Assembly: GCA_934254675.1 (NCBI GenBank)
Contig: CAKQLP010000002.1
Span: 96,596 to 160,595 of the forward strand
From: an uncultured Alphaproteobacteria bacterium
Lineage (GTDB): Bacteria > Pseudomonadota > Alphaproteobacteria > RF32 > CAG-239
Reading direction: 5' to 3'
DNA: 64,000 nt
Shown: positions 58,181 through 64,000 of the stretch, piece after piece
Numbering within the stretch: position 1 is the first letter of the stretch
Layout: each line of letters starts with the position of its first letter
Made by a program: the position numbers and the translations under genes
Notes under the pieces: generated by a model
What the model saw: the letters and a program-made list of their open reading frames with translations, nothing else
What the model was told of the DNA's origin: nothing
Database searches by the model: none

Positions 58181-58761
58181 TGAAACGTTGGTTATTATCC
58201 ATAGCTGTTGTCATCGGTGTTATTTGGTTTTTGGGATTCATCTATTTCGTGCGCTATATAAATTCTTATGACATTGATACCAATACCAAAACCGATGCCA
58301 TTATTGTTTTAACCGGGGGACGAAATCGAATTTCAGAAGGAATTAAATTACTGAATGCCGATTTAGCCGATAGATTGTTTATTTCAGGCGTGCCGGAAGA
58401 AATTTCAATTAAACAGATAGAAAGTCAGGCTAAAATCAAAGCAAATGATGAAAATAAAATAGAATTAGGCCGTAAAGCTAAAAATACTATTGAAAATGCC
58501 ATAGAAACAGAAGAATGGATTAGAAAAAACAACATTAAATCCATTAGGCTGGTGACTTCCAGTTACCATATTCCGCGAAGCATGCAGGAATTTATTATTT
58601 ATGTAACCATGGGAAATGATTTGGAAGTTATATTGAATCCTATTTATTCACCTAATGTAAATCCCAAATGGTGGGTAAGTTGGGGAACATTTAAATTATT
58701 GCTTTTGGAATATAATAAATTTTTAATTGTTTATGTTTGCCGTCACTTGCATATATATTGA
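58180..58761 (+). CDS. DUF218 (YdcF/ElyC family) protein
   Basis: ATG overlaps the ftsX stop (TAATG). IIVLTGGRNRI and LVTSSYHIPRS motifs. Confidence 0.8.
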   Translation: MKRWLLSIAVVIGVIWFLGFIYFVRYINSYDIDTNTKTDAIIVLTGGRNRISEGIKLLNADLADRLFISGVPEEISIKQIESQAKIKANDENKIELGRKAKNTIENAIETEEWIRKNNIKSIRLVTSSYHIPRSMQEFIIYVTMGNDLEVILNPIYSPNVNPKWWVSWGTFKLLLLEYNKFLIVYVCRHLHIY

Positions 58762-58773
58762 GGAGTTTTAATT

Positions 58774-59541
58774 ATGCTGTTTGTTCGTTCTTTGTTAACA
58801 AATATTTTCTTTTTCGGAACTTTGGGAATTGGTTGTATTATTCAGCTTCCGTTGGCTTTATTTCCCCAAAAAGTGACTATTTTTTATTGGGATAAAATTG
58901 TTATGCCCATTGCTTTGTTTTGGGTGCGCTGTTTTGGGGGGATAAAATTAGAAGTTCGCGGTGTTGAAAATATCAGGCATCATAATGTGTTGTATGCATG
59001 TAAACACGAATCGGCCTTAGAAACCTATTCCTTCACACAATTTTCTCCGACAACAACTTATATTTTGAAAAGAGAATTAATCTTTTTGCCTTTTTTTGGA
59101 TGGGCTCAATATTTTTACGGGATGATTCCTGTAAATAGAAAAGGCGGCGCCAGTGCGATGAAGCATATGTTAACTGAAGTTAAAAAGAAAACAGATACAG
59201 GTCGTCCCGTGGTTATTTTTCCCGAAGGAACACGTTGTCAACCGGGAACGACAAAAGGTTATAAGTCTGGTATTTTCTTTTTGGCTGAAAATTTAGATTT
59301 ACCGGTTGTTCCGGTGGCAATAAACACAGGTTTGTTTTGGGCAAAAAATTCATTTTTACGCTACCCAGGTACGGCTGTTTTTGAATTTTTGCCACCTATC
59401 AGCGCCAAAGGAAAAACAAAAGAAGAATTTATGATTGAGTTGCAGAATGTTATTGAAAATAAATGCGCAGAACTTAATGAAGAAGCTGTGAAAAAATATC
59501 CTTATGTGACTAAAATGTTACCCCAGATACGGGAGAAATAA
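58774..59541 (+). CDS. plsC: 1-acyl-sn-glycerol-3-phosphate acyltransferase
   Basis: H-x4-(D/E) box KHESALE and FPEGTR box. Confidence 0.85.
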   Translation: MLFVRSLLTNIFFFGTLGIGCIIQLPLALFPQKVTIFYWDKIVMPIALFWVRCFGGIKLEVRGVENIRHHNVLYACKHESALETYSFTQFSPTTTYILKRELIFLPFFGWAQYFYGMIPVNRKGGASAMKHMLTEVKKKTDTGRPVVIFPEGTRCQPGTTKGYKSGIFFLAENLDLPVVPVAINTGLFWAKNSFLRYPGTAVFEFLPPISAKGKTKEEFMIELQNVIENKCAELNEEAVKKYPYVTKMLPQIREK

Positions 59542-61293
59542 ATGTTGAAAATTTGGCAAAAATTCAAAAAATTTATTCGCTTGGCGTGTACATTTACGGG
59601 GGGAGTAACATTAGCAATAGTGATGGGCTTATTTTTTATAAAAATTGCGAATGCTCCAAAGTCTATCAGAAAAAACTCGTATTTGACAATAGATTTAAAT
59701 AAACCAATGTCGGAAACTGAAAATTCTAATATAATTAATGACTTAACAGGGGAAAATTCTATTTCTTTGTTAAAATTGCTGCAAACAATTGAATATGCTT
59801 CTCAAGATGAAAATATTATAGGACTTGTTGTAAAAATTAATAAAACACATCTTGAACCGGCTCAAATTCAGGATGTTGCCAGAGCTGTATCTTTGTTTAA
59901 GTTATCTGGAAAAAAGACTATTGCATTTTCGCAAGGATTTGGTGATTTCGGACGTGGAAATCTTGAATATTATTTGGCTTCATTTTTTGATGAAATTTAT
60001 ATGCAACCACACACATACATAGGTTTAACCGGCATCAACATAGAAGTTCCGTTTGCTAAAGATTTTTTAGACAAGATTGGCGTATATCCAGAGTTTTACA
60101 CACGTTACGAATATAAAAACGCTATGGCGTCTTTTACGGATTTTCGAATATCCAAAGAATATTCCGAACAAATGAAATCTTTGGGAAACAGTTTGTTAGG
60201 GGAATTAAAATTGGATATTACCAATAATCGAAAACTAAATGATTCATTTGAAAGTATTGTAAATAAAGCTCCTTTATCCGCCATAGAGGGAAAAAAATTA
60301 GGACTTGTTGATGAAATTATGTATCAACAGCAATTGGAACAAAAGCTAAAAAAAGAAGGTGCCGAATATTTTGTTGATATAAAAGATTATGCTTCGGAAT
60401 TGTATCCAAATGAAGGAAATTTGCCAACAGTCGCTGTTTTGAATTTAGACGGGGAGATTGTTGAAGGACTTAGTGAGGATAATTTGAGCCAAAGCGGCGT
60501 TATTGGCAGTCAAAGTGTGGTGAATGATATTGAAAACATTAAAGAATTGTCCAATTTAAAGGCTGTCGTTGTACGAATAAACAGTCCGGGAGGAAGCTAT
60601 AATGCGGCGGATGAAATTTATTTTGCCTTGCAGCAGCTAAAGGTTGATAAAAAAGTGCCAATCATAGTGTCTCAATCAGCTTACGCGGCTTCCGGCGGAT
60701 ATTTTATTTCTTTGGCCGGGGATTATATTTTTGCAGAACCAATGACCATAACCGGCTCTATCGGCGTTTTGGGCGGCAAAGTTGTTTTTGAAAAATTATG
60801 GAAAAAGCTAGGCATCAATTGGAGTAATATTGCTTTAGGAAAAAATGCCGGAATTTTGAGTCCAAATCATGCTTTTAGTGCGGAAGAAAAGAAAATATTT
60901 AATGCTTCATTGGATGAAGTTTATTTGGATTTTATTACCAAAGTAAAAGAAAATAGAAAATTAACAGAATCGATAGATTTAATTGCCCGCGGCAGAGTTT
61001 GGACAGGAAGGCAAGCTCAGAAATTGGGCTTAATTGATGATTTAGGCGGTTTTTCAGAGGCAGTTGTAAAAGCTTTGAAAACAGGAAAGGTTAAAGAAAA
61101 TCAGAAAATTAAAATTGTTTCATATCCCAAAGAAAAATCCTTTGGAGAAAAAATCAGCGCGTTGCTGTCGAGCACTAATAATATAAAAGTTGAAAAGGCA
61201 ATTGAGCAAAGCGGTGTTGATATCACGAATTTAAAACTTTTCAAACGCTTACAATATGATACTGTGTTGTTACCGTTTAAAATTGAGATGTAA
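59542..61293 (+). CDS. sppA: signal peptide peptidase SppA (67K type, tandem S49 domains)
   Basis: 583 aa. RINSPGGS..., AASGGYFISLAGD catalytic Ser region. N-terminal TM. Confidence 0.85.
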   Translation: MLKIWQKFKKFIRLACTFTGGVTLAIVMGLFFIKIANAPKSIRKNSYLTIDLNKPMSETENSNIINDLTGENSISLLKLLQTIEYASQDENIIGLVVKINKTHLEPAQIQDVARAVSLFKLSGKKTIAFSQGFGDFGRGNLEYYLASFFDEIYMQPHTYIGLTGINIEVPFAKDFLDKIGVYPEFYTRYEYKNAMASFTDFRISKEYSEQMKSLGNSLLGELKLDITNNRKLNDSFESIVNKAPLSAIEGKKLGLVDEIMYQQQLEQKLKKEGAEYFVDIKDYASELYPNEGNLPTVAVLNLDGEIVEGLSEDNLSQSGVIGSQSVVNDIENIKELSNLKAVVVRINSPGGSYNAADEIYFALQQLKVDKKVPIIVSQSAYAASGGYFISLAGDYIFAEPMTITGSIGVLGGKVVFEKLWKKLGINWSNIALGKNAGILSPNHAFSAEEKKIFNASLDEVYLDFITKVKENRKLTESIDLIARGRVWTGRQAQKLGLIDDLGGFSEAVVKALKTGKVKENQKIKIVSYPKEKSFGEKISALLSSTNNIKVEKAIEQSGVDITNLKLFKRLQYDTVLLPFKIEM

Positions 61294-61310
61294 TAAAAAG
61301 AGGTTGAAAA

Positions 61311-61598
61311 ATGGCCATAGATAACGAAACTGTCAAGAGAATAGCATTTCTCTCTCGATTAAAAGTGAATGACGATAAAATTGAGGCAACAAAAGAAGAA
61401 TTTAATAAAATTTTAGGTTGGATTGAAGAACTGAATGAAATAAACACCGATAATGTTGAACCCTTGATTTCAGTAAACGACACCACACTGCGTTTACGAG
61501 AAGATGAAATTACCGACGGAAACTATCAAGAAGCGGTTTTAGCTAACGCTCCGGATAAAGAATATGATTATTTTGCCGTGCCAAAGGTTGTGGAGTAA
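61311..61598 (+). CDS. gatC: Asp/Glu-tRNA amidotransferase subunit C
   Basis: 95 aa. IAFLSRLKV...NVEPL pattern. Precedes gatA-gatB. Confidence 0.92.
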   Translation: MAIDNETVKRIAFLSRLKVNDDKIEATKEEFNKILGWIEELNEINTDNVEPLISVNDTTLRLREDEITDGNYQEAVLANAPDKEYDYFAVPKVVE

Positions 61599-61603
61599 TT
61601 AAA

Positions 61604-63058
61604 ATGAAAAATATCACAAAATTAACTATTCATGAACTGCTGAACGGTTTACAGAAAAAAGAATTTACAGCTGTGGAGCTGACTGAAGCTTATTTGGAAA
61701 ATATGCAATCAGGAAAGCATTATAACGCCTATGTAATTGAATGTGGCGAAAGAGCTTTGGAACAGGCTGCTCAAGCGGATAAACACTATGCAGACAACAG
61801 TAATCGAGCCTTGGAAGGCATACCGTTGGGTATAAAAGATTTATTTTGCACCAAAGGTATTCGCACAACAGCTTGTTCTCATATTTTAGACAATTTTATT
61901 CCGCCGTATGAATCTACCGTGACTTCACAATTGTTGAATGACGGAGCTGTTTTTTTAGGCAAACTTAATATGGATGAGTTTGCTATGGGCGGAAGCAATG
62001 AAACAAGTTATTTTGGTCCGGTAATAAATCCATGGAGCAAAGATAAAGATTTAGTTCCGGGTGGCTCTTCAGGTGGTTCGGCGGCGGCTGTGTCCGCTCA
62101 TTTGTGCGCTGGCGCCACAGCCACAGATACCGGTGGTTCTATTCGCGAGCCGGCGGCTTTTTGTGGTTGTACCGGAATTAAACCGACATACGGCCGCTGT
62201 TCACGTTATGGAATTATGGCTTTTGCTTCCTCGCTTGATCAGGCAGGCCCAATTGCCCAAGATGTGCAAGATTGCGCCATATTGCTAAAAAGTATGGCGG
62301 GTTTCGATGCCAAAGATTCCACCTCTTGTGAAAAGGATGTGCCGGATTATGAAAGTTTCTTAACTCAAGATATTAAGGGGTTGAAAGTCGGTTTGCCGAA
62401 AGAATATCGACCTGAAGGCTTAAATCCTGAAGTTTGCGCTTATTGGGATAAAGCTGCCGAATATTTGAAAGCCCGCGGTGCGGAAATCGTGGATATTTCT
62501 TTACCGCATACAAAATATGCTTTGGCGACTTATTATGTTTTGGCTCCGGCCGAAGCATCTTCCAATCTGGCGCGTTATGATGGTATTCGCTACGGTCTGC
62601 GGCAAGAGGGTGAAAATCTGGATAAACTTTATATCAATACCCGCACAGCCGGTTTTGGCGCGGAGGTTAAACGCCGTATAATGATTGGCACTTATGTTTT
62701 GTCGGCCGGATACTATGACGCCTATTACATAAAAGCGCAAAAAATGAGACGTCTTATCCATGATGATTTTGTTAACGCTTTCCAGAAATGCGACATTATT
62801 TTAACCCCGACTTCTCCGGTTACGGCTTTCCCGATTGGCGATGAAAGTATGCTGAGCAACCCTATTAATATGTATTTGAACGATGTGTTTACGGTTTCGG
62901 TCAACCTTGCCGGATTGCCAGCTTTGAGCTTACCGATTGGTTTGTCTAAAGAGGGCTTGCCTTATGGTATGCAACTGATTGGCAGACCTTTTGACGAAGG
63001 TACGATTTTTAAAGCTGCGGCTAAAATTGAAGCAGATGCAAAGTTTGAAAGGAAATAA
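61604..63058 (+). CDS. gatA: Asp/Glu-tRNA amidotransferase subunit A
   Basis: Amidase signature [11 protein letters not shown]...DTGGSIR. 484 aa. Confidence 0.96.
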   Translation: MKNITKLTIHELLNGLQKKEFTAVELTEAYLENMQSGKHYNAYVIECGERALEQAAQADKHYADNSNRALEGIPLGIKDLFCTKGIRTTACSHILDNFIPPYESTVTSQLLNDGAVFLGKLNMDEFAMGGSNETSYFGPVINPWSKDKDLVPGGSSGGSAAAVSAHLCAGATATDTGGSIREPAAFCGCTGIKPTYGRCSRYGIMAFASSLDQAGPIAQDVQDCAILLKSMAGFDAKDSTSCEKDVPDYESFLTQDIKGLKVGLPKEYRPEGLNPEVCAYWDKAAEYLKARGAEIVDISLPHTKYALATYYVLAPAEASSNLARYDGIRYGLRQEGENLDKLYINTRTAGFGAEVKRRIMIGTYVLSAGYYDAYYIKAQKMRRLIHDDFVNAFQKCDIILTPTSPVTAFPIGDESMLSNPINMYLNDVFTVSVNLAGLPALSLPIGLSKEGLPYGMQLIGRPFDEGTIFKAAAKIEADAKFERK

Positions 63059-63059
63059 A

Positions 63060-64000
63060 ATGTCGGATTATATTATCGAAACAGCCAAAGGAAAATGGGA
63101 AGTTGTTGTCGGACTGGAAATCCATTGCCAAATTATTTCCAAGTCTAAAATTTTTAGTGGAGCCTCTACCGAATTTGGTGATGATCCCAATGTTAATGTT
63201 TCATTTGTTGACGCCGGAATGCCGGGGATGTTGCCGACATTGAACAAACAATGCGTGCATCAGGCGGTTAAAACCGGTTTAGGTCTAAACGCTAAAATCA
63301 ATAAATATTCGGAATTTTCACGCAAAAACTATTTTTACGCGGATTTACCAAGCGGTTATCAAATCACACAATTTCGTTTTCCGATTGTGGGCGAGGGTAG
63401 TATCCGTATTGATTTAAGTGACGGTAGCTCTAAAATAATTGGTATTGAACGTATGCACATTGAGCAAGATGCCGGAAAATCAATTCATGATTTGAGCCCG
63501 CATAAAAGCTTTATTGACTTAAACCGTGCCGGTGTGGGTTTAATGGAAATTGTAACCAAACCAGATTTTCGCGCGCCGGAAGAAGCCGGAGCTTTTTTGC
63601 GTAAACTTCGTTCAATTTTACGCTATTTAGGAACTTGTGATGGCAATATGGATGAAGGTTCTATGCGTTGCGATGTTAATGTTTCAGTTCGACCATATGG
63701 TTCTAACGAATTGCGCACCCGTTGTGAAATGAAAAATGTAAATAGCGTTAAGTTTGTTATGCAAGCTATTGAAAATGAAGCAAAACGTCATGTTGAAGTT
63801 TATGAAAACGGTGGAGAAATCTGTCAGGAAACCAGACAATTTGATCCGGTCAGCGGACAGACCAAAGTTATGCGTAAAAAAGAATTCGCACATGATTATC
63901 GCTATTTTCCCGAACCTGATTTACCGCCGTTGGTTTTGAGTGATGAATATATTGACCAAATAAAAAAAGAAATGGTGGAACTTCCGGATGCTAAAAAGCA
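63060..64000 (+). CDS. gatB: Asp/Glu-tRNA amidotransferase subunit B (5' part, runs off the window)
   Basis: My own translation from ATG 63060: [40 protein letters not shown]... The frame stays open to the window end. Confidence 0.93.
   Translation, partial: MSDYIIETAKGKWEVVVGLEIHCQIISKSKIFSGASTEFGDDPNVNVSFVDAGMPGMLPTLNKQCVHQAVKTGLGLNAKINKYSEFSRKNYFYADLPSGYQITQFRFPIVGEGSIRIDLSDGSSKIIGIERMHIEQDAGKSIHDLSPHKSFIDLNRAGVGLMEIVTKPDFRAPEEAGAFLRKLRSILRYLGTCDGNMDEGSMRCDVNVSVRPYGSNELRTRCEMKNVNSVKFVMQAIENEAKRHVEVYENGGEICQETRQFDPVSGQTKVMRKKEFAHDYRYFPEPDLPPLVLSDEYIDQIKKEMVELPDAKK

Noticed and set aside
1-64000. Search for mobile elements, prophage blocks, integrases, toxin-antitoxin pairs or defence islands
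   Set aside because: I recognised no transposase, integrase or recombinase motifs, no flanking tRNA-associated island structure, and no cas or restriction genes. The only repeat-rich accessory content is the pilin-like family.

Overview
AT-rich chromosomal segment from a Gram-negative bacterium. Gene content and local synteny (lepB-rnc-era, divergent recG/mfd, ftsE-ftsX-DUF218-plsC, gatCAB, MPP-like M16 peptidase) suggest Alphaproteobacteria, but this is inference only. ldh and hydG point to an anaerobic or fermentative lifestyle. About 55 protein genes are mostly housekeeping: uvrB, cysE, lepB, rnc, era, rplM-rpsI, gyrA, tcdA, thrS, ldh, ybaK, guaD, prfC, tig, gltX, elbB, rnhA, recG, mfd, dnaG, ftsEX, plsC, sppA and gatCAB. 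There is one tRNA-Leu(TAG). I saw no rRNA, CRISPR array, transposase or integrase. The main finding is a dispersed family of four type IV pilin-like paralogs (11950-13142, 14276-15195, 30517-31737, 39659-40468) plus one orphan 5' remnant (42966-43145). Each has a conserved pilin-type N-terminal helix (GRSMIEMLGVLAIIGVLSVGG) and a divergent Cys-containing C-terminal domain. Each also has an unusually long open leader (about 67-188 codons) built from in-frame 28-nt palindromic modules. Three loci share a nearly identical 5' cassette (SD, ATG, CT dinucleotide tract). The tract is (CT)6 and in frame at one locus, and (CT)7 and out of frame at the other two. This is the classic signature of slipped-strand phase variation. 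The fourth locus instead sits behind a roughly 220-nt hairpin-rich leader that ends in an intrinsic terminator. Secondary observations are an Rrf2-cupin-DUF5131 operon with paired operator palindromes, an orphan hydG, a secreted 21-aa tandem-repeat protein, a secreted 4x EF-hand protein, an AlbA_2 (Schlafen-like) protein fused to the rnhA operon, and a small promoter/terminator-bounded unit encoding a 38-aa hydrophobic peptide.
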